DNA of 64,000 bases from an uncultured Rickettsiales bacterium (GTDB taxonomy: Bacteria > Pseudomonadota > Alphaproteobacteria > Rickettsiales > RGZB01). The notes below the pieces were generated by a model. That model did not search any database and was not told the origin of the DNA. It saw only the letters and a program-made list of their open reading frames with translations. The position numbers and the translations under genes were made by a program. Shown piece after piece: positions 53,328 to 61,583 of this stretch. The stretch lies in the NCBI GenBank assembly GCA_964467255.1, contig CAYXPR010000007.1:320-64319 (forward strand). The letters are read 5' to 3'. Position 1 is the stretch's first letter, and every line of letters starts with the position of its first letter.

Positions 53328-54761
53328 CTAGGATGCTTTGGCGTGTGAGGGGGCTACTTCACGGATGTCTGCCAGATGGCCGGTGATTGCCGCAGCAGCA
53401 GCCATAACAGGGCTCATCAGGTGGGTGCGGCCACCGCGGCCTTGGCGGCCTTCAAAGTTGCGGTTTGACGTCGAGGCGCAGCGTTCGCCCGGCTCAAGCC
53501 TGTCCGCATTCATGGCAAGGCACATGGAGCAACCCGGCTCGCGCCATTCAAAACCTGCGGCCAGAAAAACCTTATCAAGACCTTCTTTTTCCGCCTGTTC
53601 TTTGACAAGACCAGAACCCGGAACAATCATCGCTAACTTCACGCTTGCAGCCACTTTTTTGCCCTTTACCACTTTGGCGACCTCGCGGAAGTCTTCAATG
53701 CGACCATTGGTGCAGGAACCGATAAATACTTTATCAATCGGAATTTCTTTCAGCGGCGTGCCGGCTTTAAGCCCCATATATTCAAGTGCTCGTTCCATCG
53801 CAGTGCGCTTGGAGGCATCTTTTTCATCGGCTGGGTTTGGCACTTTTGCCGTAATCGGCAGTACGTCCTGTGGGCTGGTGCCCCACGTGACTTGCGGTGC
53901 AATGTCTTTCGTGTGGAGTGTGACTTCTACGTCGTACTTCGCGCCCGCATCAGACGGGAATGTTTTCCAATACGCCACAGCGGCGTCAAAATCTGCACCC
54001 TGCGGAGCAAGTGGGCGGCCTTTAATATACGCAAAGGTTTTTTCATCCGGCGCGATAAGACCTGCGCGCGCACCTGCCTCGATAGACATATTGCACACTG
54101 TCATGCGGCCTTCCACAGAAAGGTCGCGGATGGCTTTGCCGGCATATTCAATCACAAAACCCGTACCGCCTGCCGTACCAATCTTGCCGATGATGGCGAG
54201 CACTAAATCTTTCGCCGTGACGCCGAAAGGCAAGTCGCCCTCCACGTTAATGCGCATGTTCTTCGCACGTTTTTGAATGAGGGTCTGTGTAGCCAGTACG
54301 TGCTCTACTTCGCTGGTGCCGATACCAAACGCCAGCGCACCAAACGCGCCATGCGTGGAAGTGTGGCTGTCACCGCAAACAATCGTCATACCCGGCTGGG
54401 TAAAGCCCTGCTCAGGCCCCACGATGTGCACGATGCCTTGGCGTTTATCATCCATTTTATAATAGGTGACACCGAATTCTTTGCAGTTGTCTTCGAGGGT
54501 TTGCACCTGAATACGGGAGGTTTCGTCTTTGATGCCCTTCGCACGGTCTGGTGTGGTGGGCACGTTATGGTCTGCCACGGCAAGCGTTGCATCGGGGCGA
54601 TGCACTTTGCGGCCCGCCATGCGCAGGCCTTCAAATGCTTGCGGGCTGGTGACTTCGTGAATCAGTTGGCGGTCGATATATAACAGGCAGGTGCCATCCT
54701 CACGCTCATGCACGAGGTGACTTTCCCAGATTTTATCGTAAAGCGTTTTGGGTGTGCCCAT
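53328..54761 (-). CDS. leuC: 3-isopropylmalate dehydratase large subunit
   Basis: 477 aa, aconitase family, with Cys ligand motifs GSCTNGR and CSMCLAMN. Confidence 0.97.
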   Translation of the reverse strand: MGTPKTLYDKIWESHLVHEREDGTCLLYIDRQLIHEVTSPQAFEGLRMAGRKVHRPDATLAVADHNVPTTPDRAKGIKDETSRIQVQTLEDNCKEFGVTYYKMDDKRQGIVHIVGPEQGFTQPGMTIVCGDSHTSTHGAFGALAFGIGTSEVEHVLATQTLIQKRAKNMRINVEGDLPFGVTAKDLVLAIIGKIGTAGGTGFVIEYAGKAIRDLSVEGRMTVCNMSIEAGARAGLIAPDEKTFAYIKGRPLAPQGADFDAAVAYWKTFPSDAGAKYDVEVTLHTKDIAPQVTWGTSPQDVLPITAKVPNPADEKDASKRTAMERALEYMGLKAGTPLKEIPIDKVFIGSCTNGRIEDFREVAKVVKGKKVAASVKLAMIVPGSGLVKEQAEKEGLDKVFLAAGFEWREPGCSMCLAMNADRLEPGERCASTSNRNFEGRQGRGGRTHLMSPVMAAAAAITGHLADIREVAPSHAKAS

Positions 54762-54775
54762 TGCCTTGGTAAGCC

Positions 54776-55225
54776 TTAAGCCTTAGCGGCTTTCTTCGCA
54801 GATGCTGGCTTTGCTTCTTTTTTAGCAGATGCGGCAGCGTTGCCTGACGTTGTTACAACGGTTTCAACGTCTTTCTTTTCTTTAATACGTGCGGCTTTGC
54901 CGAACAGTTCGCGCATGTAGTACAGTTTCGCACGGCGCACATCGCCCTTACGCACCACCTTAATGCTGTCGATACGTGGGGAGTAAAGCGGGAATACACG
55001 CTCCACACCTTCGCCATGGCTGATTTTGCGCACGGTGAAAGAAGAATTCAGGCCGCGGTTACGGCGAGCAATACAGATGCCTTCAAAGGCCTGCACGCGT
55101 TCAGCCGTACCTTCCACGATTTTTACGTTCACACAAACCGTGTCACCAGGAGAGAATGCAGGGAGTTCCTTGCCTTCTGCAAGTTTCTTTACCTGGCGCT
55201 GTTCAAATTTCTGTAATACGTTCAT
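54776..55225 (-). CDS. rplS: 50S ribosomal protein L19 with Ala/Lys-rich tail
   Basis: True start is MNVLQKFEQ at 55225; the track ORF extension to 55408 overlaps trmD and is rejected. Confidence 0.93.
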   Translation of the reverse strand: MNVLQKFEQRQVKKLAEGKELPAFSPGDTVCVNVKIVEGTAERVQAFEGICIARRNRGLNSSFTVRKISHGEGVERVFPLYSPRIDSIKVVRKGDVRRAKLYYMRELFGKAARIKEKKDVETVVTTSGNAAASAKKEAKPASAKKAAKA

Positions 55226-55238
55226 GGCTTGCCTCTGT

Positions 55239-56018
55239 TCACTTACTTTTGTTAATTTTCTGCCCCTTTTTAGGGAGCAATTTCTTACTGCGGCTATGTT
55301 TAAGCCACAAATCCTTGCGCCGCTGGCGGGTAATTTCTTCTGCCTCGCGTTGGCGCCAGTCCTGAATATCCTTGTGATGACCCGAAAGAAGTATCTTCGG
55401 AACTTCAAGTCCGCGCCAAACAGCCGGTCTTGTATAATGAGAATATTCTAAAAGTCCAGTATAAAAACCCTCGCCGAAACTTTCTTCCGCGAGGGCATCT
55501 GCATTACCTAATACACCAGAATGCAGGCGAACACAAGTATCAATCACTGCCATCGCCGGAATTTCACCGCCAGAAAGCACGAAATCTCCAAGGCTAAGTT
55601 CTTGAATTTCATAAAAATCTAGAATCCGCTGGTCTACACCTTCATACCGCCCGCACAAAAAAACCACATGGTCGAGCGCCGCCATTTTTTCGGCCACCCG
55701 CTGGTTAAACACTGTACCGCGGGGGGAAAGATAAAAAATGGTCGTTTTGCGCTTAGGGTTCTTTTTGAGCACGCTTTCGATAGCAGCGGAAAGCACATCG
55801 GGCTTCATCACCATGCCAGAACCACCACCAAACGGACGGTCATCCACCGTGGAGTGCTTGTCGGTCGCGAAGGCGCGGATATCCACCGCCTCCAGCTCCC
55901 ACAGGCCTTTTTCAAGCGCATTACCGAGCACGGAATCTGACAGCGGCCCCGGAAACATCTCAGGAAACAGGGTCAGAACCGTTACCTTGAAAGGTTTTTT
56001 TGTTGATTTTTTGGCCAT
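55239..56018 (-). CDS. trmD: tRNA (guanine37-N1)-methyltransferase
   Basis: Start [24 protein letters not shown] at 56018, 5 nt after the rimM stop. SPOUT knot motifs. Basic tail. Confidence 0.95.
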   Translation of the reverse strand: MAKKSTKKPFKVTVLTLFPEMFPGPLSDSVLGNALEKGLWELEAVDIRAFATDKHSTVDDRPFGGGSGMVMKPDVLSAAIESVLKKNPKRKTTIFYLSPRGTVFNQRVAEKMAALDHVVFLCGRYEGVDQRILDFYEIQELSLGDFVLSGGEIPAMAVIDTCVRLHSGVLGNADALAEESFGEGFYTGLLEYSHYTRPAVWRGLEVPKILLSGHHKDIQDWRQREAEEITRQRRKDLWLKHSRSKKLLPKKGQKINKSK

Positions 56019-56022
56019 TGCC

Positions 56023-56574
56023 CTACTCTTTTGCCACAAGGAAGGTTGGCGGATTGAACAAAGCGTAGCCTTCCGCAACATTCACCTCGGGAAAGGTTTT
56101 GCGGTCAAAAATATACATTTCTTTTTCATGATTGGCAGAAAACTCAATTTCCAGAATGTCGCCCGCACCAAAATTATGCACAGCCACCACCTGCCCCACT
56201 ACTTCGCCAGTATCGTGCTGCTTGATGGAAAGAGACAGCAAATCCGCGTGGTAATAGACATGTTCTTTGGTAGCAGGAAGGCTTTTGCGATCCACGAATA
56301 ATTCAAGCCCTGCAAGGGCCTCAGCCTCATTACGGTCTTTCACGCCACCAATTTCAGCAATCACCATACCGTCTTTGGCGGGGATGCTGGTCACGCGCAG
56401 AGGAACTGGCAGCCCTTCGGCATCCTGCACTTCGCCATATTTTCCAATATCAGAGGAATCTTCAGTAAAACTGCGGATTTTTACGCGCCCATGCACACCA
56501 TGCGCACCTGTAACCACGCCAATTTTAATGCGCTGGGCCGATTTTTGTGATGATGGATGCTTTTCCTGTGCCAT
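56023..56574 (-). CDS. rimM: Ribosome maturation factor RimM
   Basis: IKIGVVTGAHGVHGRVKI and a PRC barrel. ATG 56574 or GTG 56583. Confidence 0.9.
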   Translation of the reverse strand: MAQEKHPSSQKSAQRIKIGVVTGAHGVHGRVKIRSFTEDSSDIGKYGEVQDAEGLPVPLRVTSIPAKDGMVIAEIGGVKDRNEAEALAGLELFVDRKSLPATKEHVYYHADLLSLSIKQHDTGEVVGQVVAVHNFGAGDILEIEFSANHEKEMYIFDRKTFPEVNVAEGYALFNPPTFLVAKE

Positions 56575-56623
56575 GCCGGGCACTCCCCGTGATTAAACGA
56601 CGTGAAACCGGCAGCAGGATTAG

Positions 56624-57100
56624 TTAAGCAGCGGGTGCTTCAGCGGCAGGTGCTGCAGGCTGTGCTGCGGCAGCAGCTTCAGCAGCAGCGGCGTCGGCGT
56701 CTGCCTTCGCTTTTGCAGCAGCAGCTTCTTCAGCAGCGGCTTTTGCAGCAGCAGCTGCATCGGCTTTCGCCTTAGCTTCAATCTGCTTCTTCTTGAGAGA
56801 AATGATTTCAGCGCGACGCTCGTTCAGCTTCTTCACCTGAGAAACGCCCTGACCAATGCCCTGCTGATTAAAGAACACCAGCACGCGCTCAGACGGGATC
56901 GCACCGCTGGCAAGCCAGTATTCCGCACGGTCTTTCTGAATCGTGAGGCGAGTTGCATCCGTTTTCGGCAGCAGCGGGTTATACGCGCCAATCTTCTCGA
57001 TGAAGCGACCATCGCGTGATTTAGCCTGATCGGCCACCACGATACGATAGTAAGGGCGTTTCTTAGCACCACCACGGGTCAAACGAATCTTCACTGCCAT
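56624..57100 (-). CDS. rpsP: 30S ribosomal protein S16 with Ala-rich tail
   Basis: [24 protein letters not shown]; the last about 60 aa are Ala/Lys/Glu-rich. Confidence 0.96.
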   Translation of the reverse strand: MAVKIRLTRGGAKKRPYYRIVVADQAKSRDGRFIEKIGAYNPLLPKTDATRLTIQKDRAEYWLASGAIPSERVLVFFNQQGIGQGVSQVKKLNERRAEIISLKKKQIEAKAKADAAAAAKAAAEEAAAAKAKADADAAAAEAAAAAQPAAPAAEAPAA

Positions 57101-57239
57101 GCGAATTCCTTAAATATTTTGTCGGCAACATTGCCGAAATTTTGCTTAGGGCGTATGCGTATAGTGCAAAAGAGATATGTTGTAAAGTGCTTTGTTAGCC
57201 TTTTAGGCACACTGCATAGCAATACACGCGCGAGGATTT

Positions 57240-57452
57240 TTAGTGAAAAATACCCGCAATAATCTCTATCAGTTTGAAAAATATGCGAAAAACAAGGTAG
57301 AAGGCCAAAATGGAAAATATTACCACAAAGACCATCTTCCACCACACCAAGCCCAAAAGCCATTCTGTGGGGCCCGCAAAAGAATCAATAAATTCCTGCA
57401 TCGCACCTATGAAAACAAACGGCGTGTGCATCATTAATAGCAAGCTTTTCAT
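57240..57452 (-). CDS. Small hydrophobic protein (70 aa, two predicted TM helices)
   Basis: ATG 57452 has GAAGG 8 nt upstream. Sequence MKSLLLMMHTPFVFIGA...LLGLVWWKMVFVVIFSILAFYLVF. AT-rich. No family recognised. Confidence 0.5.
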   Translation of the reverse strand: MKSLLLMMHTPFVFIGAMQEFIDSFAGPTEWLLGLVWWKMVFVVIFSILAFYLVFRIFFKLIEIIAGIFH

Positions 57453-57465
57453 CACCAACCTTCTT

Positions 57466-57654
57466 CTACGACTTGAACCACGAAGCTATTAGCAGAAGAT
57501 ATAGGCTTATCGCAACACCTATTGTTCCAAAGCCAAGACCAATTTGCCATGCTGTGGGCAATTCCATAAACCATTTTAATGCATCATCATAGTTTTCGAT
57601 GTCCACAACCGATTGTAGGTAGTCTGGCAAAAACGTGACTGTCGCGTACACCAT
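57466..57654 (-). CDS. Small tail-anchored membrane protein (62 aa)
   Basis: ATG 57654 lies 2 nt after the glmU stop. Acidic soluble N-terminal half, then one TM (IGLGFGTIGVAISLYLLLIASW). No family recognised. Confidence 0.5.
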   Translation of the reverse strand: MVYATVTFLPDYLQSVVDIENYDDALKWFMELPTAWQIGLGFGTIGVAISLYLLLIASWFKS

Positions 57655-57656
57655 GC

Positions 57657-59015
57657 TTATTTCTTCTTTCTGGGTTTTGATTTTCGTAGCGCCTGAGCAC
57701 GGCCCACCACATTCTTCTGTGGCATGGCGTTAATGGCAAGGCCACCGGCCGGAACATCTTTTAATATGGTGCTGCCCGCACCCGTGATTGCCCCCTTGCC
57801 CACTTTTACCGGAGCCACAAGGCTGGTGTTTGAGCCGATGAAGGCATCTTCGCCGATAACAGTTTTGTGTTTATTCACACCGTCGTAATTGCAGGTGATG
57901 GTGCCTGCACCGATATTACTGTTTGCCCCCACATCCGCATCCCCCACATAAGAAAGGTGGTTGATTTTTGCGCCCTTGCCGATTTTAGATTTTTTGATTT
58001 CAACAAAATTACCGATGTGCGCCCCCTCGCCGATTTCAGCACCCGGGCGGATGCGTGCATAAGGCCCCACAACAGCGTTTTTCTTGATAATCGCTTGATC
58101 GATGTGGCTGAAAGATTTTATTTCGACATCATCTTCTACCTTCACGCCATCGCCGAATACAACATACGGATGGATGACAACATCTTTACCGATTTTCGTA
58201 TCGTGGCGAAGGTGGATGGTTTCTGCACTGATGAGCGTTGCACCCCCCAGCATCGCCGCTTCGCGCAGGCGCTGCTGAACGATAGATTCACCCACCGCAA
58301 GTTCAGCGCGGTTGTTAATGCCCATCACTTCAAGTTCATCCGCTTCAGCCACCACGCAAGCATAACCTTGCACGCGTGCAATCTTCACGAGGTCGGTTAA
58401 ATAATACTCGCCCTTGCTGTTATCGTTCTTCACTTGTGACAAGAGAGAATCCAAAAGTTCAGACCGCACCGCCATCACGCCGGAGTTGCACAAGGTGATA
58501 GCACGCTCTGCCTCGCTTGCTTCTTTATATTCTACGATGGCATTCAGCATACCGAAATCGCCCAGCACCAAGCGGCCATATTCACCCGCGTTAGCAGGCG
58601 TAAAGCCGAGCACCGCAAGCGCAGCATGTGATTCTTTTTGAATGGCATCAATCATGCGCTGCAAGGTAGCAGGGCTGATAAATGGTGTATCGCCATATAA
58701 GATAAAGGTGATGCCAGACTTGCCCATGTGCTTTAAGGCAGACTTCACCGCATCCGCCGTGCCGAGCTGCTTTTGCTGAATGGCGATTTTTGCTTTCGGC
58801 AGGCAGCGTGCCACTTCGGCTTCCACCGCCTTCATGCCGTTTGCCAGCACTACCGACGTATTCACGGCTTTCAGTGACTTCACTGTTTCCAGCACATAGG
58901 CCAGCATGCTGCGGCCTGCAATTTCATGCAGCACTTTTTCGCGCACGGATTTCATACGCGTGCCTTTGCCCGCTGCAAGGATAATTGCCTGAATGGGAAG
59001 CGATGTTTTTGCCAT
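57657..59015 (-). CDS. glmU: Bifunctional GlcNAc-1-P uridyltransferase / GlcN-1-P acetyltransferase
   Basis: Start MAKTSLPIQAIILAAGKGTRMKS at 59015. C-terminal left-handed beta-helix. Confidence 0.95.
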   Translation of the reverse strand: MAKTSLPIQAIILAAGKGTRMKSVREKVLHEIAGRSMLAYVLETVKSLKAVNTSVVLANGMKAVEAEVARCLPKAKIAIQQKQLGTADAVKSALKHMGKSGITFILYGDTPFISPATLQRMIDAIQKESHAALAVLGFTPANAGEYGRLVLGDFGMLNAIVEYKEASEAERAITLCNSGVMAVRSELLDSLLSQVKNDNSKGEYYLTDLVKIARVQGYACVVAEADELEVMGINNRAELAVGESIVQQRLREAAMLGGATLISAETIHLRHDTKIGKDVVIHPYVVFGDGVKVEDDVEIKSFSHIDQAIIKKNAVVGPYARIRPGAEIGEGAHIGNFVEIKKSKIGKGAKINHLSYVGDADVGANSNIGAGTITCNYDGVNKHKTVIGEDAFIGSNTSLVAPVKVGKGAITGAGSTILKDVPAGGLAINAMPQKNVVGRAQALRKSKPRKKK

Positions 59016-59107
59016 AGTAAATAATGAATAAAACCGGTTGAGGTCTGGGTGGCAAGAGCATATGTTCATGGCAGGGAATTGCCAACATATATTTGTTAGT
59101 CGCGCAT

Positions 59108-60388
59108 ATGGAATTTTTTGCTGCCGTTATCCTTGCCGCCGTTTTCGCCGGAGCCCTTGGCTTCATGGTGGGGCAGCGCCGCACCGAAAAAAAGGCGCAT
59201 ACGCTGGAAATTAAACTGGCGGAAGAAACTCAACTGAAAGAAGCCGTGCAGCGGGACTTCGCCGCCGCTAGCGCCGAAAGCAAAAACGCACGCGAAAAGC
59301 GCGACCAGCTCGCCGAAGAAGCCGCCGCACTTAAAGCACGCTGCGCCACGCTCGAGGAAAACCTGCCCTCGCAGTTTGAAAACCTTGCTAACAAAGTGCT
59401 GGAGCAAAGTAGCCAGAAACTTTCTAAAACATCGGAAGAAAATCTGGGTCAGCTTTTAAACCCCTTGAAAGACCGTCTCGCCGAATTCCAGAAGAAGGTG
59501 GATGACACTTACAATGCAGAAGCCCGCGAACGCTTCGCGTTGAAAAATGAAATCGAAAAAATTGTAAATACAAATGAGAGCTTAACGAAGGCGTTGCGTG
59601 GCAGCAGCAAGGCGCAAGGCAACTGGGGGGAATATATTCTCACCAAATTACTGGAAGATTCCGGCCTGCGCGAAGGCGTGGAGTTCACCACACAAGGGCG
59701 TGATTTAAAAATCAAAGGTGCTGATGGTCAGCATTTGCAGCCGGACGTCATTTTGAATCTGCCGGACAGCAAACATCTTGTTATCGATTCTAAAGTTTCG
59801 CTCACACACTATGAACAATTTGTGAACGCCGAAAATGAAAGCAGCAAAAAACAGGCGCTGGACTTGTTCATTAACTCGGTACGTGCGCATGTGAAAGGGC
59901 TGGCTGAAAAAGATTACGCCTCTGCTGAGCGTATGAGTTCTCCGGATTTTGTATTCCTGTTTATGCCGATGGAAGGCGCGCATTCACTCGCGCTTCAGTC
60001 TGACAACGAGCTCTTTCAGTTTGCGTGGGACAAACGCATTGTGCTTGTTTCACCAACGACACTCATGGCTTCGCTGCGCACCGTTGCTTCGTTGTGGAAA
60101 ATGGATAAACAAAATCGCAACACGCTGGAAATCGCACGCCAGGGCGGCGCACTCTATGATAAATTTGTTGGCTTTGTTGAGAGCATGGAAAACATTGGCA
60201 CGCATCTTGGGCGTTCACAAAAAGCATACGATGACGCATACAGCAAATTGAAGGACGGGCGCGGGAATTTAATCACCAGTTCCGAAAAATTACGCGAATT
60301 AGGTGCAAAGACCAGCAAGTCCATCCCTGAAAAACTGCTCTCGGACACGGATGAAACCGAGAAAAAAGCCTTAGAAAGCGCATCCTAA
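59108..60388 (+). CDS. rmuC: DNA recombination protein RmuC
   Basis: N-terminal TM, long coiled coil, then RmuC nuclease-like C-domain (PDFVFLFMP...VSPTTL). Confidence 0.88.
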   Translation: MEFFAAVILAAVFAGALGFMVGQRRTEKKAHTLEIKLAEETQLKEAVQRDFAAASAESKNAREKRDQLAEEAAALKARCATLEENLPSQFENLANKVLEQSSQKLSKTSEENLGQLLNPLKDRLAEFQKKVDDTYNAEARERFALKNEIEKIVNTNESLTKALRGSSKAQGNWGEYILTKLLEDSGLREGVEFTTQGRDLKIKGADGQHLQPDVILNLPDSKHLVIDSKVSLTHYEQFVNAENESSKKQALDLFINSVRAHVKGLAEKDYASAERMSSPDFVFLFMPMEGAHSLALQSDNELFQFAWDKRIVLVSPTTLMASLRTVASLWKMDKQNRNTLEIARQGGALYDKFVGFVESMENIGTHLGRSQKAYDDAYSKLKDGRGNLITSSEKLRELGAKTSKSIPEKLLSDTDETEKKALESAS

Positions 60389-60423
60389 GCCACTGATTTT
60401 TCAATTTTATCTTTATTTGCAAT

Positions 60424-60451
60424 AAAATTAGTTAAAATCTTAACTAATTTT
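60424..60451. promoter_or_regulatory. Perfect 12-bp inverted repeat, AT-only; weak rmuC terminator and/or operator
   Basis: AAAATTAGTTAA-AATC-TTAACTAATTTT. It contains TTAA-N4-TTAA and, with 60451..60454, a TTAA-N7-TTAA (60440..60454). Confidence 0.5.
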
Positions 60452-60500
60452 TAACCACCTCAGTTGCATAATTACAACATCACTTGTTTCTTGTTCCGTA

Positions 60501-60566
60501 GGACAAATTGCTAATGTCCACCGGGACAAGCAAACTACGGACAGGTTGCAACCGTGATGACTGTCC
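60501..60566. promoter_or_regulatory. Cluster of five GGACA/TGTCC repeats forming two hairpins or operator pairs in the leader of the GC-rich ORF
   Basis: GGACA at 60501, 60524 and 60539; TGTCC at 60515 and 60562. Pairs are GGACA-N9-TGTCC and GGACAG-N16-CTGTCC. The second encloses the 10-bp palindrome GGTTGCAACC (60544..60553). Confidence 0.6.
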
Positions 60567-60643
60567 CTGACACTGCCCTACTACCCCCCAAACCAAATTC
60601 ATACGGGGGAAACGGGCTCTACACCTTTGAAAGGGGTGTTACG

Positions 60644-60943
60644 ATGGCGAAGACTCTGGCCGACCTCCAGAACGACGTGCGCAAGAACGTGGCGACCGGC
60701 ATCCAGACGGTGATCGACGAGATCGGTGACATGAAGGCGAAGGACTTCCACGCCGTGGAAGGCCTCGCCGGCTACCTCAACCGACTGGTCGCGCTCGTCG
60801 AAGTCCTCAACAAGGGCAACGACGTGCACATCCGCCTGCAGGATGAAGGCAAGTACGACGATCGCTCGAACAAGACCGTCTACTACACGTACGCCACGGT
60901 CGAGATCCCCGCGAAGGCGAAGGACAACACGGCGACGAGCTGA
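60644..60943 (+). CDS. Orphan 99-aa protein with extreme GC3, unknown family
   Basis: ATG 60644 has GAAAGGGG upstream. 91 of 99 third codon positions are G/C by manual count, against about half in neighbouring genes and in the 30 in-frame codons upstream. Predicted helical N-terminal half, then beta-like DVHIRLQ / TVYYTYATVEIP. Confidence 0.7.
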   Translation: MAKTLADLQNDVRKNVATGIQTVIDEIGDMKAKDFHAVEGLAGYLNRLVALVEVLNKGNDVHIRLQDEGKYDDRSNKTVYYTYATVEIPAKAKDNTATS

Positions 60944-61017
60944 GTAGGAACCGGACCTTGAGTCCAAACCGCGCTGTGCCGTATGCACAGAACCGATTAC
61001 GCTAACGCGTGATTGGG

Positions 61018-61042
61018 GACCCACCTAACAAGGTGGGTCTTT
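61018..61042 (+). terminator. Hairpin terminator after the GC-rich ORF
   Basis: GACCCACC-TAACAA-GGTGGGTC then TTT (short U tract). An additional hairpin, CTGTGC-CGTAT-GCACAG, lies at 60974..60990. Confidence 0.6.
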
Positions 61043-61053
61043 CGCCATGACTG

Positions 61054-61500
61054 CTATTCTGTTTTGGTGCAATCACCGAGGCGCTTACCGATGATGCTGG
61101 TCACCGATTTTTCTGTGCCGGAAATGGCCACTATCTCAACCTTGTAAGAATCAGCACTATAGGTGGCTTCCATTTTGCTAGACGTGCCGTCCTTGCAGGA
61201 AGACTCCATCATCGACTTTCCGTCATCCGCATTAAACTTTATTTTGCAGTCGCCGTCATTTGACTCGAAACTGCCCTTTTTCCCGTAATTAGGCGCATAC
61301 ACACCCAGCTGATCACTGGCCTCTGCCGCACCCATGCAGTTTGTTGTTTTAAACTCAGTGGGCGCGCCACCAGAGCCTTCAGAGCGCATCACCATTTCCC
61401 ATTCACCGGCGCGCAGCGCTCCATCTTTATCCGCTGCAGCACAAAAAGGAAACAGCACCATAGCAGAAGCTATGAGCAACCATTTTTGAAACATATTCAC
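61054..61500 (-). CDS. Secreted small protein, DUF3617-like
   Basis: 148 aa with signal peptide MNMFQKWLLIASAMVLFPFCAA. The GEWEM motif and four spaced Cys resemble the DUF3617 pattern. This is recall only. Confidence 0.45.
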   Translation of the reverse strand: MNMFQKWLLIASAMVLFPFCAAADKDGALRAGEWEMVMRSEGSGGAPTEFKTTNCMGAAEASDQLGVYAPNYGKKGSFESNDGDCKIKFNADDGKSMMESSCKDGTSSKMEATYSADSYKVEIVAISGTEKSVTSIIGKRLGDCTKTE

Positions 61501-61583
61501 CTCTCTCGGGCGAGGACGTTATCAAAAATATTTCTAAGAAAAAACTACAGAAATTTATAGCTATTTAGAACCCTAAAATTCGC

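Noticed and set aside
55226-55408. 5' extension of rplS (track ORF 54776..55408)
   Set aside because: The extension overlaps the 3' end of trmD and has no L19 similarity. The canonical L19 N-terminus MNVLQKFE begins at 55225.
57091-57492. Assorted 60-90-aa ORFs on both strands between rpsP and glmU (57091..57363 minus, 57243..57437 plus, 57310..57492 plus)
   Set aside because: They overlap the two better-supported small membrane-protein frames or the rpsP promoter region, and they lack start or ribosome-binding-site context.
60554-60643. N-terminal extension of the GC-rich ORF (GTG 60554 or ATG 60557, giving 129 aa)
   Set aside because: Third-position G/C in these 30 codons is only about half, there is no convincing ribosome-binding site, and ATG 60644 has GAAAGGGG upstream and coincides with the compositional jump.
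60599-61024. 141-aa minus-strand ORF across the GC-rich cassette
   Set aside because: Its R/V/L/H/G-rich composition is typical of an antisense shadow in high-GC coding DNA. The plus frame carries the G/C-biased third positions (91 of 99).
60453-61027. Possible direct repeats (CCACCT at about 60455 and about 61021) as target-site duplication of the cassette
   Set aside because: Only a 6-mer is shared, which is well within chance. The second copy is part of the terminator stem.
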